The position numbers and the translations under genes are program-made. Of a stretch of DNA of 64,000 bases, positions 32,345-43,507 are shown piece by piece. This stretch comes from an uncultured Methylomirabilota bacterium (GTDB lineage Bacteria; Methylomirabilota; Methylomirabilia; Methylomirabilales; 2-02-FULL-66-22), in NCBI GenBank assembly GCA_963845565.1, contig CAWJSJ010000004.1:1-64000 (forward strand), written 5' to 3'. How positions within the stretch are numbered: the first letter of the stretch is position 1; the number at the start of each line of letters is the position of its first letter. The notes beneath the pieces were generated by a model. That model was not told the DNA's origin and did no database searches. It worked only from the letters and a program-made list of their open reading frames with translations.

Positions 32345-32645
32345 CACCGCGTGAAGGTCCTGCCGGACGTGCGCGCCCTGGACCCGGGATCCGTACACGA
32401 AGCATGCGATGCTGATCGGCCGCCGGCAGTGTCCGGAGCAGGGCACGGGCCGCGTCTTGGGCCGGTTTTCCGCGCGGCCCGGGCGCGCACGCCTGGCGTA
32501 CCGCGCCTTCGTGGACGCCAGGATCCCGCAGGCGCCGCGTCCGGAGTCTCGGCGGGTGGGCGACAGTCCACGCCCTCCGGCGAGGCCGAGAGCACTACGC
32601 GGCGGACGAGCGGGTGCTCGGGTGCTCGGCCTTCGTGGAGGCGCT
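32345..32645 (+). pseudogene. Remnant of RAYT/Y1 (IS200-like) transposase, C-terminal part
   Basis: KVLPDVRALD, RVLGRFSARPGRARLAYRAFV, VLGCSAFVE; family similarity recalled, not searched. Confidence 0.45.
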
Positions 32646-32843
32646 TGTCTCCCGCGTGTGTGCGGCCGTGCGCCTTGCCCCGACCGCACTGCAGGAATCG
32701 GGTCTATTCCCTGACGATTATTCGGCGACAAAGCTTTCGTCTCGTGGCGATCAACACAGCAGGTGTGGGGCGAGTATAGCCGTATCGTTGTTGGATGACC
32801 TCGTGTGCCCAGTGTTGCCTTTTTACGCTGACAGTGTCTCCAT

Positions 32844-32873
32844 TTGACAGTCGCTTTCGCTGCCGCGTATAGT
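32844..32873 (+). promoter_or_regulatory. Putative sigma70 promoter of tctC-like gene
   Basis: TTGACA-N18-TATAGT. Confidence 0.55.
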
Positions 32874-33064
32874 CCCGTTCATCTCAACAACCTTTGGCGC
32901 CCGACATCGGGCGCCCCGATGACAACCGCGATTCTGTCTCGGTTACCGAACATCTGGCTCTGGCGACAGAAGGCGCGCGCCGAGGCGACGAAACGGAACC
33001 GGCTCCGTCCAGTGTCACCGCTGCAGCAACGAAACGAGGGTCTATTTCAGAACGGGGGTGGAAC

Positions 33065-34036
33065 ATGAACGGCAGAGTGAGGCTCGCATGCGTCGTGGCC
33101 CTGGCGCTCCTCGCGACTGGGGCAATCGCGATGGCCGCGGACTACCCGAACAAGCCGATCCAGCTGATCGTTCCCGCCGCGCCGGGCGGGTCGACCGATG
33201 TGCTGGCCCGCGCCATCGCCCAGGTGTCGCCGCGCTTCATCTCGCAGCCACTGATGATCGTGAACAAGCCGAGTGGTGGCGGGATCCCAGGCCGGGTGGA
33301 CACCGTCCGCGCCCGGCCGGACGGTTACACGCTCATGATCAACTACGGCGGGGGCGAGGACCTGGTGGTGCCGCACCAGCGCGCCCTCCCGTACAACGTG
33401 TTCACCGACCTGGAGGCGGTCTGCCGCATGTCGGTGCACTCGATCGTGCTGGCCGTGCCCACCGACTCGCCTTACAAGACCCTGGCCGATCTCGTGCGGA
33501 TCGGGAAGGGCAAAGAGCACATGACCGCCGCGGTCTCCATCAAGGGTGCGTCGGTGGACCTGACGTTTCTCCTCTTCGCGAAGGCCGCGGGCATCAAGCT
33601 GACGACGATACCGGGTTCGGGCGGTGCGGATGCGATCACCAAACTCATCGGCGGCCACGTCGACTTCGGCGGCGGCCACCCCAGCGAGGTGCTGCCCCAC
33701 TTCAAGGCGGGACGCCTGCGGGGCCTCGCCGTGGCCTTCGCGCAGCGGGATCCGGCCATCCCCGACATCCCGACCTTCAAGGAGCAGGGGTACGACGTGG
33801 TGACGGCCGGGTCTGTCAAGGGGATCGCCGCACCGAAGGAGACGCCAAAGGAGGTCCTGACGTATTTGGAGCAGCAGTTCAAGGCCATTGCCGACGACGC
33901 CGAGTTCCAGAAGATCATGAAAGATCTCGGCCAGCCGGTGATGTACATGAACGCGGCCGAGTACAAGGTCTGGTTCAAGCAGGCCTACGACCAGTATGGC
34001 GAGTTGGTCAAGACGCTGGGCGGGGAGACGAAGTAG
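33065..34036 (+). CDS. Tripartite tricarboxylate transporter substrate-binding protein (TctC/Bug)
   Basis: YPNKPIQLIVPAAPGGSTDVLAR, NKPSGGG, PDGYTL, PDIPTFKEQG. Confidence 0.93.
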   Translation: MNGRVRLACVVALALLATGAIAMAADYPNKPIQLIVPAAPGGSTDVLARAIAQVSPRFISQPLMIVNKPSGGGIPGRVDTVRARPDGYTLMINYGGGEDLVVPHQRALPYNVFTDLEAVCRMSVHSIVLAVPTDSPYKTLADLVRIGKGKEHMTAAVSIKGASVDLTFLLFAKAAGIKLTTIPGSGGADAITKLIGGHVDFGGGHPSEVLPHFKAGRLRGLAVAFAQRDPAIPDIPTFKEQGYDVVTAGSVKGIAAPKETPKEVLTYLEQQFKAIADDAEFQKIMKDLGQPVMYMNAAEYKVWFKQAYDQYGELVKTLGGETK

Positions 34037-34761
34037 ACCAAAATCAGGGGGCCGATCGTCGGACGCGGGCACGCTGGGCAGCCGTGCGCGTCGGCCCCGC
34101 ACCTCGCGATGGATCCCAACCGCGCGTACAGATTCGCATCCTTGGCGAAGAACCAGAACGTGGAGCCATAGACTCGGTCCCTGATTGTCACGGAGACCTT
34201 CACGAAGTTTTGCCCCGGCTTGGCGAAGGACGGCGTGCTGAGCGGGCCCGTGGTGCTGGAGAAGGTCCCGCTGCCCTCCCAGCGGATGTTCGATGCGATG
34301 TTGCCTCTTACCTCGGGGAGCTCGACTCGCACGCCGGCAGTCATTGCCCAACCCTTGGTCAGGATCCGGGGCGACCCCTCATGCGGCGAGCGCAGCCAGA
34401 AGAACACGCCCGGCCCGCCCTCTGCGGGCTGGACACTGCCCCACGTGTAGTATCCGCTGGCGCGTTGCACAGGCATGTCCTGCTGCGTAGGATAGGGTGA
34501 CGACGGCAACGATCGTAGCGGGGGAACGGTCGCGGGCGCTCCGGCCAGAAGGATTCGTGAATAATCCGGGCTTACCTGACGAGCAGCCATTCCCGCCTGC
34601 AGCGGGAGGAGACGGGGTGGCGGGCGGACCGGGTACCCATCCGTCCGGATGGGTGCGGTGTCTCCGCGTACCGGCGACGCCTGCTCCGTTCCGGACCGCC
34701 GCCCCCAAGGGTTCGTATTAAGCCCGCATTGTTCGCGAGTTGCGCCCGCGAATAAAGCGGG

Positions 34762-35625
34762 CTAGAGGTTGGTGCCGCGGAGCCGGGGGTCAAAGGCGTC
34801 GCGCAGGCCGTCGCCGAGCTGGTTGAGGGACAAGACCGTAATGACGATGGCTACCCCTGGAAAGACCACCAGGTGCCACTTGGGAATCAGCATGGAGGCC
34901 GCGTCGCCCAGCATGTTTCCCCAGGTCGGCGTGGGAGGCGGAATCCCGGCGCCAAGGAAGCCCAGCGTGGCCTCCAGCACAATGGCGATGCCGAGGGAGG
35001 TTGTGACGAGAATTAGGTACACCCCTATACACTGGGGCGCGATGTGAAGGAAGATGATTCGCCAGGAGGAGGACCCGAGGCTCCTGGCGGCTTCGACGTA
35101 TGGGAGGTCCTTCACGGCCAGGGCTTGGGACCGGATGATCCGGGTGCCATAGGCCACTCTGGTGGCGGCGATGGACAGGATAACCGTCCATGTGCTCGCT
35201 CCAAGGGCCGAGGCCAGCAACAGCGCCAGGAGTATCGGCGGAAAGGACAACAACACCTCGACCAGACGCTCGCCGAGCAGGTCAAACCTGCCACCGAAAA
35301 AGGCGCTGGCAACCGCCCACACCGCTCCCAAGGTGGTGCCCAGCAGCACAGACGTGACCGCGACGAACAGGGACCATTTGGTGCCATGAACTATCCTGCT
35401 CAGCAGGTCTCTGCCGATGAAATCCGTCCCCAACCAGTGCTGCCAGCTTGGTCCCTGGGCCCGGGCCAAGACATTCGGCCGAAGGGGGTCATCGGGCGAA
35501 ACCCACGGGGCGAATACCCCCAGTAGGATTATGAGCGCAGCCACGATTCCCCACACGGTGGAAAGACGGTAGCGCTGGGCGAAGGTTCTCGACCAACTGA
35601 GGCCGCTCGCCAGGGGCGTCCTCAT
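34762..35625 (-). CDS. Peptide/nickel ABC permease (DppC-like)
   Basis: LGTDFIGRDLLSR, YVEAARSLG, LGFLGAG, PTWG, GDGLRDAFDP. Confidence 0.93.
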   Translation of the reverse strand: MRTPLASGLSWSRTFAQRYRLSTVWGIVAALIILLGVFAPWVSPDDPLRPNVLARAQGPSWQHWLGTDFIGRDLLSRIVHGTKWSLFVAVTSVLLGTTLGAVWAVASAFFGGRFDLLGERLVEVLLSFPPILLALLLASALGASTWTVILSIAATRVAYGTRIIRSQALAVKDLPYVEAARSLGSSSWRIIFLHIAPQCIGVYLILVTTSLGIAIVLEATLGFLGAGIPPPTPTWGNMLGDAASMLIPKWHLVVFPGVAIVITVLSLNQLGDGLRDAFDPRLRGTNL

Positions 35626-35786
35626 TCCTCGCTTTTCAAAACCAGCCCGGACTGCCAATTCGTGATCCTCTGAGAACTCGAGTGATCCTCACGGTGCCGC
35701 GCATCTCCCGACTTGGTCCCCCACGGTCGAGTACTGCGGGGCGCCTGCAAGGAATACCCTCGTGCGAGATGCCTGGCCAGCCGGTC

Positions 35787-36743
35787 CTAGTCGTATCGTA
35801 TTCTCGGGTCTAACCAGGCGTAGCTCATGTCCGTGATCAGGTTCACCACCACGAAGACAACCGCATACAGGAGCACGAGGTTCTGGACCACGGGTAGGTC
35901 CCGGTCCAGGATGGCGTCAATCATGGTCAGGCCCAGCCCCGGGACACCAAACGCCTTCTCGATGGCGACCGAGCCACCCAGGGCGACGCCCAGAAAGAGG
36001 CTGCTCCACGTGATCACCGGGAGCATCGCATTGCGAAGGGCGTGTCGGGCAATGACCAGTCGCTCGTGCACGCCCTTGGCGCGGGCCGTCCGGACGTAGT
36101 CCTCCTGTATGACTTCCAGGAGAGACGAGCGGACCGTCCGCGCCACGAACCCGGCAAATCCAAGGCCCAGGACCAACGCGGGACCTGCCACCATCTGGAG
36201 GTTCTGCCAGGGATTCTCCCAGGGGTACACGGGCAGAATCGGCGCTTTGTAGTCGAACCAGAGTATCAGGGCGAGGACCATCACGAGGCCCAGCCAGAAA
36301 CCGGGGATGGCGACGAACAGAATCGAGAAGGTCTTGCTGGCGTGATCCATCCAGGAATTGGGTCTGAGGGCGCTGACCATCCCGACGGGAAAGCCGACCA
36401 TCCAGGAGAGCACAGTCGCAAGGAGGGCGATCTCCAACGTGATCGGACCGCGGCGCAACACAAACTGGGTGACGCTGTCTCCCCGCAGCAACGATTTGCC
36501 GAATTCGCCGCTTCCGATGTCCCGAAGCCATTTGCCATACTGAACCACGAACGGATCGCGGAGTCCCAGGGCCTGCTCCAGGTTCGCACGTTGCTCTGGA
36601 GTCATCCTCCTCGCCCCCTCGAGGCCGAAGATGGCAACCAGAGGGTCGCCCGGAAGCAGGCGCATGGCGACGAAGATGATCATGGTGACGCCCAGCACGG
36701 TCGGTATGACGAGCAAGAGGCGTCGGGCCAGGTACCTCCGCAC
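35787..36743 (-). CDS. Peptide/nickel ABC permease (DppB-like)
   Basis: LLPGDP, DYVRTARAKG, HALRNA, DMSYAWLDPRIR. Confidence 0.93.
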   Translation of the reverse strand: MRRYLARRLLLVIPTVLGVTMIIFVAMRLLPGDPLVAIFGLEGARRMTPEQRANLEQALGLRDPFVVQYGKWLRDIGSGEFGKSLLRGDSVTQFVLRRGPITLEIALLATVLSWMVGFPVGMVSALRPNSWMDHASKTFSILFVAIPGFWLGLVMVLALILWFDYKAPILPVYPWENPWQNLQMVAGPALVLGLGFAGFVARTVRSSLLEVIQEDYVRTARAKGVHERLVIARHALRNAMLPVITWSSLFLGVALGGSVAIEKAFGVPGLGLTMIDAILDRDLPVVQNLVLLYAVVFVVVNLITDMSYAWLDPRIRYD

Positions 36744-36760
36744 CCTGAAGACTCCTTACC

Positions 36761-36885
36761 CAGGCTGCTGAAAAAGGCCCATCTGCGGCGTTGTCTCGCT
36801 CGGGCACTCGCTGCGGCGTACCTGGAGTACGCCTCACTCGGCCCTGCGCTTGCCGCCTAGCATCTGGACCTTTTAGAGCAGCCTG
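36761..36885. mobile_element. 125-bp palindromic MITE/REP-like element, copy 2
   Basis: caggctgctgaaaaagg...ccttttagagcagcctg; colinear with 1207-1333. Confidence 0.75.
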
Positions 36886-36957
36886 AGCGAAACGGGTTTC
36901 TCCGCAGTCTGCGAGAAAAGAACAGGGGTGGCACGCACGCGCTACCCCCGACCGCAA

Positions 36958-38661
36958 CTACTTGTCAAGCCAGACGAATTCCCACTGATAGGTATTGTAG
37001 TCAGAGTTGCCACCCACCCTGGGCAGCCCTTTCACGTAATTGTACCAGCCGTACGCTCTACCGTCGGCGGTCACGCCAGTGTTGGGCATCTCGTTGTTGA
37101 GGATCTGGTTCAACTGCCGGCCAAGCTGGAGTTTGCGCTGTGCGTCCACCTCGACGGAGAACTGGTCGAGGATCTTGTCGAACTCGGCGTTCTTGAAGTT
37201 GGTGAAGTTGCTGTCGGACTTCTTGCCCGTGGCCTTGTTAATGCTGTAGCACATCCTCAGGGTGGCGCCCAGGTCAGCGCCCCCCAGACAGGCGGCGTGG
37301 GAGATCATGTCGAAAGTACCGGCGACCTGCCGGTCCACCATCGCGGAGACCTGCACAACCTCGAGGCGGGTCTTCACCCCCAGAAGCCGCTCCCACTCGG
37401 CCTGTGCGTAGGCTGCGAGCTGCCTGTTCTGGGGGGATTCTCTGACCACGAAGTTGAAGGTCTTGGCGATGCCGTTGGGGTATCCGGCGTCGGCCATGAG
37501 CTTCTTGGCGTCGGCGATGGCTTTCTCCCGCGTGGCAGACGCATTGGGGTACTCTTTCATCAGCTCTTCGTAGCTCTTGCCGTACGGGGACGGAAGGTAG
37601 TCAGCCAACTGCGCCGTCGGGTTGAACTGCTGGGTGATCTTGCTCAGGGCGTCCTGGTCGAGGGCCAGGTGCAAGGCGCGGCGCACACGGTTGTCATTGA
37701 GCGGCTCGCGGTCGTTATTGAAGCCTACCCAGGAGGACAGGTTCGGCGCCAGCCAGATGAGGCCGGACATGTTGGGATTGGCCTTCACTTTCTGGTACGC
37801 GCTGGGGTCCAGCCACATCGCCCAATCAACCTGACCGCCCAGCAGCGCGGCGGCCAGCTCGGGCGTCCAGGCCTTCAGCCAGACATGGACGATACGGTCA
37901 ACGTAGGGCGCATAGGGGTTCCAGTAATTGGGGTTCCTGACCATTTCCCATGATTCGGTGGTGCGGCTCTTGTACATGAAGGGGCCGGTGCCCGGGAAAT
38001 TATCCACCTGCTTCAGGTCGCCTTTGTATTTGTCGAGGGTCTTCTTGCTGGTGATGACGTTCCAGCCCCCGGCGAGAGAGGCGAGGAAGGTGTACGAGTC
38101 CCTGGGCTCGGAGAGTCTCATCACCACGGTGTGGCGGTCGCGCACCACGGTTTCTTTGATGGGCAGACTCCGCAGGCTGAGCAGGTTGGCCGGCGGGAAG
38201 ACGATGCGGTCGAAGGAGGCCTTGACGTCTGCGGCTTCAAAGTCCGTCCCGTCGTGGAACTTGACCCCCTTCCGCAGGTTGAAGGTGTAGGTCATCCCAT
38301 CGGAGGAGATCGTCCAGCTGGTGGCCAAGCTCGGGATGATGGGCAGGCTTGGGTCCCTCGGATCCTGCCGCACCAATAGGTCGTACATGGGCGACTGGGC
38401 GCCAACGTTGGCGATGGTCCCCGAAGCGTAAATGTCGAACATCGAGGGAGGCCCGTGCGCCGCCAGCCTCAGGGTGCCGCCGCGCTTGGCCTTTTCGTGG
38501 TCAATGGCCTTCAGGTAGAAGGGTTCGGCAGACTGGGCCGTGGGCGTTGGCGCCCCCGCGAGAGCCGGGGTCGCCGCGGGACCGCACGCGATGGCCAGGA
38601 CCAGAGCTGCCACGACAACGAGGCCGAGAATACCTGACGTTCTGCAGAATCGCCATTCCAT
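36958..38661 (-). CDS. ABC transporter substrate-binding protein, family 5 (lipoprotein-like)
   Basis: LAIACG lipobox-like, [33 protein letters not shown]. Confidence 0.92.
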   Translation of the reverse strand: MEWRFCRTSGILGLVVVAALVLAIACGPAATPALAGAPTPTAQSAEPFYLKAIDHEKAKRGGTLRLAAHGPPSMFDIYASGTIANVGAQSPMYDLLVRQDPRDPSLPIIPSLATSWTISSDGMTYTFNLRKGVKFHDGTDFEAADVKASFDRIVFPPANLLSLRSLPIKETVVRDRHTVVMRLSEPRDSYTFLASLAGGWNVITSKKTLDKYKGDLKQVDNFPGTGPFMYKSRTTESWEMVRNPNYWNPYAPYVDRIVHVWLKAWTPELAAALLGGQVDWAMWLDPSAYQKVKANPNMSGLIWLAPNLSSWVGFNNDREPLNDNRVRRALHLALDQDALSKITQQFNPTAQLADYLPSPYGKSYEELMKEYPNASATREKAIADAKKLMADAGYPNGIAKTFNFVVRESPQNRQLAAYAQAEWERLLGVKTRLEVVQVSAMVDRQVAGTFDMISHAACLGGADLGATLRMCYSINKATGKKSDSNFTNFKNAEFDKILDQFSVEVDAQRKLQLGRQLNQILNNEMPNTGVTADGRAYGWYNYVKGLPRVGGNSDYNTYQWEFVWLDK

Positions 38662-39039
38662 AGCGCACCTCCAGCAATGGGTGACACGACACATGGCGCC
38701 GACAGGTAGGCTCTCAAGTCATCCGTCGCGGCTGCCGGCAGACGGACGCGCTTTGCGACAAAGAATTGGAAACTGGCCATACTCGGCAAGGTGAACCACC
38801 GGGATCTGGCGAATGCAGGAGGGGCCCCGCCGAGGGCGGGAGATCCCGGACCGCCGAGGTAGGGGGCACGCTAGCACCGGCGGAAAGGGCGCGTCAAGCG
38901 AAATCCCGGGTCCTGCCGGCTCCTCACAAGAAAACGGTACCGGACTCCATTGGGGAGGTAGTGCTTGAATTCAGAGAAGTGCGCGAGGGCTCCTGCGACA
39001 CGGACAGCCGCGCAGCCAGGGGACGGGCAGAGGCGCGGC

Positions 39040-39429
39040 TCAGGCGGGCGCCGGCTCGGCGGGGTCGAAGTCGATCTCGACCTTGGCACCGTTGAGGTCA
39101 AAGAAGAAGAGCTGCCAGGTCCCATAGCCGGGAAGTCTCCCCAGATCGTACGGGAGGCCTCGCACCTTCAGTTTGCCGACGGTCTCCACCAGGCCCTGCC
39201 CGGTGAAAGCGTTGTGGTCGATCACGCCCTTCAGCAGCTCCCGGCGTTCCCGTCCCGCGATCACGTGCAGGATCGCGTGGGACGCGCCCTCGGCGTAGAG
39301 CCAGGCCCCGGGAAAGCCGAACGGCGGCCGCGCGCCGGGCCGGAGCCCGAGCAAGTCACCGTAGAAGGCCACTGTCGCGTCCAGGTCGTCCGTGAGGATG
39401 GTGAAATGGTTCATGGCTGAAACCGGCAT
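39040..39429 (-). CDS. VOC/glyoxalase family protein
   Basis: NHFTI, FYGDLLGL, GAWLY, IDHNAF, QLFFFDLNGAKVE. Confidence 0.88.
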   Translation of the reverse strand: MPVSAMNHFTILTDDLDATVAFYGDLLGLRPGARPPFGFPGAWLYAEGASHAILHVIAGRERRELLKGVIDHNAFTGQGLVETVGKLKVRGLPYDLGRLPGYGTWQLFFFDLNGAKVEIDFDPAEPAPA

Positions 39430-39724
39430 CGCCTTTGTCCCCTCCGCCCCGCCCCGCCCCACAGGCGTCAAGCGCGCCGCTCAGGTTGTGATGACAATCG
39501 CCTGTCCCTCGATCCTGGCCGGAAACTTCTCGGCTCGGGTGGGACCCTGCGTCCGGGCATTCCTGGCGAGAACGGCTTCTCGCCACGTCCCACCATCTAC
39601 CTGGGTGCTCCTGCATCTCCATCCGGTAGGCGAAACGCCCTTCAAGGGTTTTGACCGGGCCGGGTCCGACCAGCGAAAGGACTGCGGCGCGGTCGGCTGG
39701 TAGGCTGGCCGGGTCGCACGCCCG

Positions 39725-39885
39725 CTATTTCACCTTGGGGGTATAGAGCCACGCGCGACTCGCGCGCTCCCAGCGTCGGGCCAGCGCGAGCGCCCAAGGT
39801 TTCGGCACCCCCCAGCGGACCATGCCCGCCATGAGATGAAGCGCGTTCAACCGGTGCTGTAGCCACTTGAGCCCCACGGAACCAT
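39725..39885 (-). CDS. Small hypothetical protein (start uncertain, possible frameshift)
   Basis: KWLQHRLNALHL..RWGVPKPWALALARRWE looks protein-like. Confidence 0.35.
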
Positions 39886-40545
39886 GGCTCCGGGACCCCC
39901 GCCGGGATCGCCGACCGGCAATCCAGTGGCATCCGATCGGCGGGCTCGGCCGGTTCTGCTGCATGACCCGATGGCGTGCCGGCGTGCCGGAACGCGTTGC
40001 GGACACGTGTCGCTCACTCAAGTGTGCTTCCCAATCTCGATACGCCAACGCGCGCTCCTTTGCTACCGCCTGTACGGGGCATCCCCCAGGCTTCCTGGGC
40101 ATGCCGTTGACCTCTTGGCGGGAATCTCGATACAGGATTATCACAGTGTGCAATGGACGTGCCTGGCACCCAGCCGTGGACGGCGTTCGGTACAGGATCG
40201 ACGGATCTACCTATCGATATTGGCTTTGGGGTCGCGGGATTCGCAGGATTCTGCTAACAAGTGCAGCCCAGCCTGGTCGCCTGGGCATGGTGCTCTGCCC
40301 GTTTTCCGACGTCTGTGGCACGCCCTCGGTCACTGCATTCGGGCGGCACGCCGCATCGGTTCGCGAACGCGTCATTCCGGCGCGGGGCCATAACGGGCTT
40401 TCCGCCCCTTGCGAATCCTTTGTGGCGCCTTGTGGAGTGGTAGGCGTGCCGAAGGGATTGACGCATGCTGGGGGAGCCATCCGAGGTCGGCCGGACGTGT
40501 CCCGCAATATGTCGCGGCCAAGGGCACCGTCCGCCGCCCGTCGTT

Positions 40546-41073
40546 TCAATATCGAGGAACGGAGGACCCGCAAACCTGGGCGAACTCGAGCTTGGCGAAT
40601 TCGCGCGCGGGAATCGACGGACCTGGCCGCGAGCAATGACGGGTGAAAAGCTGTGCGAGATCACTGGCGACCTGCTCCGCGGTCTTTCCCTCGATCATGC
40701 GTCGTTCGATCATGGCCACCAACTTGCCGTCCTCCAGCAGCACCAGCGAGGGCGACGACGGCGGGTATCCGACATGCAACGCCCTGACGCGCTCGACGGC
40801 GTCGTGCTCCATACCGGCGAAGACTGTGACGAGGCGATCAGGGATAACGGAGTGCTGGAGGGCCAACGCCACACCGGGCCGTGCACTGCCCGCAGCGCAG
40901 CCGCAGACCGAGTTGATCAGGACGAGCAAGGTTCCCGTCGTTTCACCGACGACTTTGTCGATGTCCTGGGCTGTCCGGAGATCCTCAAACCCGACGGCCA
41001 CGAGTTCGTCGCGCATCGGCTGCACAGCGTCGAGGTCATATGTCGGTTGCCGCTGAACTCTCTGCTCGAGCAT
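40546..41073 (-). CDS. BrxA/BrxB family bacilliredoxin
   Basis: QPMRDEL, INSVCGCAAGSARPG, TVFAG, PPSSPS, IEG. Confidence 0.9.
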   Translation of the reverse strand: MLEQRVQRQPTYDLDAVQPMRDELVAVGFEDLRTAQDIDKVVGETTGTLLVLINSVCGCAAGSARPGVALALQHSVIPDRLVTVFAGMEHDAVERVRALHVGYPPSSPSLVLLEDGKLVAMIERRMIEGKTAEQVASDLAQLFTRHCSRPGPSIPAREFAKLEFAQVCGSSVPRY

Positions 41074-41171
41074 TTCCTCATCCTCCATTTTTGTTCGAGA
41101 TAATGCGCCCACCTCCCCTCCCGGATCTGGCGCCAAGGAGGGTCGCGCTGCGGGCTCGTCGCAGTCCGGGG

Positions 41172-43286
41172 TCACTGATGGGTCCGCACGACCGCCCGTT
41201 CCAGCAAGAGGCGCTGAATCGCCAGGGAGAGGTCGAGGCGGCTCACTGGTTTCAAAAGGGTCACCCGGACCCCCAACGGTCCGGGCCGCGGCGCGCCGGT
41301 CTCAGGGACGCCGCCGGTGCACAGGATGACGGGGAGGCGCGGGCGCAACCGTAAGATCTCCTGGGCGAGGGCGTCGCCGGTCAGGTGCGGCATCGTCTGA
41401 TCCGTGATCACCAGATCAAAGGCGTCGGGCGCGTCCCGGAATGCCTCCAGGGCGGCGCGGCTGTTCGTGTGGGCGGTGACGTGGTATCCGAGGTCGGTGA
41501 GGGCGACCGTCCAGATGCGGACGAGTGCGGCCTCGTCGTCCACGAGCAGGAGGTGTTCCCCGTGCCCATGCAGCGGCTCTTGTGGGGACGGCGGGGTGGC
41601 CGCGAGATCGTCACAGCGGGGGAAGTAGAGGTCAAAGCGCGTCCCGCGACCGGGTGCGCTCTCGACGGTGATGGCCCCGCCGTGGCCGGTGACGATCCCG
41701 TAGACCACCGCCAGACCAAGGCCCGTCCCCTCGCCGAGCGGCTTCGTGGTGAAGAACGGCTCGAAGATCCGCACCAGAACGTCGTGGGGCATTCCGTGGC
41801 CGGAGTCCCGGATGGTGAGTTTCGCATGGGGACCGGGCTGAAGTGGGGGGTGCGCTGCGGCAAAGTCCGCATCGAGGTCGACCACGCGCAGATGGAGGTC
41901 GAGGACGCCTCCCCGGGGCCGCATCGCGTGCTCCGCGTTTGTGCACAGGTTGAGGAGGATTTGGTGGATTTGGGTGGGATCGGCCAGGATCACGGCGGGG
42001 GCGGCGTCCATGAACTGGCGGAAGTCGATGGTGGAGGGGAGGGACGCCCGTAGGAGGTGCTGAACCTCCCTCACCACAGTGTGGAGTGCCACCGGCCGGC
42101 GTTCGTGGTGGGTCCGGCGGCTGAACGTGAGGATCTGCCGGACGAGGTCCGCGGCGCGCGTCGCGGCGGCCGAGAGGTCCTGCAAATGGCTTTGCGCGGG
42201 GGAGGTGCTGGGGATGCGGAGCGCCGCGAGCTCTGCGTCGCCGGCAATGATGTTCAAGAGGTTGTTAAAGTCGTGCGCGATGCCACCGGCCAGGGTGCCG
42301 ATGGCCTCCATCTTCTGGGCCTGGCGCAACTGGGCCTCGAGCTGCTTCCGCTGGGAGATGTCGCGCCCGATGGCCGACATACCGATGATGGGGCCGCCGC
42401 CGTCCTTGATGGGAGAGATGCTGAGAGACACCGCGACCCCCGTACCGACCTTGGTCCACGCCACCGTCTCGTAATTCACGACGGAGTCTCCGCGCCGGAC
42501 CCGCTCCATGAGCCGTGACAACTCCGCGTGGCTGTCGGGTGGGACGAGGAACGCAAAGGGCCGCCCAACCACCTCCGAGGCCGCATAGGCATAGAGCCGC
42601 TGCGCCGCGGCATTCCAGGTGACGATGGTCCCGTCGAGGGCTTGGCCGATGATGGCGTCTTCCGAGGACTCCACGAGGGCGGCGAGCCGCTGGAGGCCCG
42701 CCTCCGCCTGCTTCCGTTGGGTGATGTCCCGGAGTCGGACGCTGAGGACGGTCTCGCCCTTCACCGTGAACTTCGAGATGGTTGCCTCCGCAGGAAACTC
42801 GGTCCCGTCCTTGCGGATGCCAACGATGGCGCCGCGCTCATGCATGGGGCGCAGGGTATCGCCAGACGCGGCGAACCGGTTCACATGCGCGCGATGGCTC
42901 GCCAAGAACCCCGGCGGGAGCAAGAGGTCGAGCGAGCGGCCTATCATGTCGGCGGCCCGATATCCGAAGATGGCCTCCGCACCCTGGTTGAACAGGCGGA
43001 TGCGGTGGTGGACATCGATGGAGATAATGGCGTCCTCCGAGAGTTCCACGATGTTCGCGAAATAGGCCTGGAGGAATGGCAGGTCCGGTTCCGGGTCGGC
43101 CGGGGGCGTGTGCCGTTCGAGCCGTTGGGGGCGTGACCCACGCATCCTCAGCACGTTCCGAAGGCGCGCGGCAACTTTGGCCATGTGGGTGTGGACGATT
43201 CCCATGACGCTCTGAAACACGCCCGAGGCGGCTTCCGGCGGTAAGGGCGAGGGGAGGTTTCGTGGGCTGGGCATGAAGACTCCCAT
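41172..43286 (-). CDS. Hybrid sensor histidine kinase (2 PAS, HisKA, HATPase, REC); start uncertain
   Basis: [56 protein letters not shown]. Confidence 0.93.
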   Translation of the reverse strand: MGVFMPSPRNLPSPLPPEAASGVFQSVMGIVHTHMAKVAARLRNVLRMRGSRPQRLERHTPPADPEPDLPFLQAYFANIVELSEDAIISIDVHHRIRLFNQGAEAIFGYRAADMIGRSLDLLLPPGFLASHRAHVNRFAASGDTLRPMHERGAIVGIRKDGTEFPAEATISKFTVKGETVLSVRLRDITQRKQAEAGLQRLAALVESSEDAIIGQALDGTIVTWNAAAQRLYAYAASEVVGRPFAFLVPPDSHAELSRLMERVRRGDSVVNYETVAWTKVGTGVAVSLSISPIKDGGGPIIGMSAIGRDISQRKQLEAQLRQAQKMEAIGTLAGGIAHDFNNLLNIIAGDAELAALRIPSTSPAQSHLQDLSAAATRAADLVRQILTFSRRTHHERRPVALHTVVREVQHLLRASLPSTIDFRQFMDAAPAVILADPTQIHQILLNLCTNAEHAMRPRGGVLDLHLRVVDLDADFAAAHPPLQPGPHAKLTIRDSGHGMPHDVLVRIFEPFFTTKPLGEGTGLGLAVVYGIVTGHGGAITVESAPGRGTRFDLYFPRCDDLAATPPSPQEPLHGHGEHLLLVDDEAALVRIWTVALTDLGYHVTAHTNSRAALEAFRDAPDAFDLVITDQTMPHLTGDALAQEILRLRPRLPVILCTGGVPETGAPRPGPLGVRVTLLKPVSRLDLSLAIQRLLLERAVVRTHQ

Positions 43287-43425
43287 CAGCGTTCGCGGGG
43301 GTCTCCAAGCATCGGAAACCCTCCGTACTGTCGAGCGGGAGGACTAGGGGGGATTGACCGAGTGGGCTGGGGGTCGAGGTCTTCCTGCTCGACGAATAAT
43401 CCGGACTCACTCTTGTATCCATTCG

Positions 43426-43454
43426 ATCTTATCGGAGGGTGCCGGCGGTGTCAA
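43426..43454 (-). promoter_or_regulatory. Putative sigma70 promoter of the sensor kinase
   Basis: TTGACA-N17-TAAGAT on the minus strand. Confidence 0.5.
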
Positions 43455-43507
43455 GCACAAGCGAGAGGGCGGAGAGCCGCAGGGGAGGCCGGCGGGAACC
43501 ACCGCGC

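Noticed and set aside
33985..34590. Minus-strand ORF with a protein-like central part
   Set aside because: No recognisable family or clear start, and it overlaps the tctC end; left uncalled
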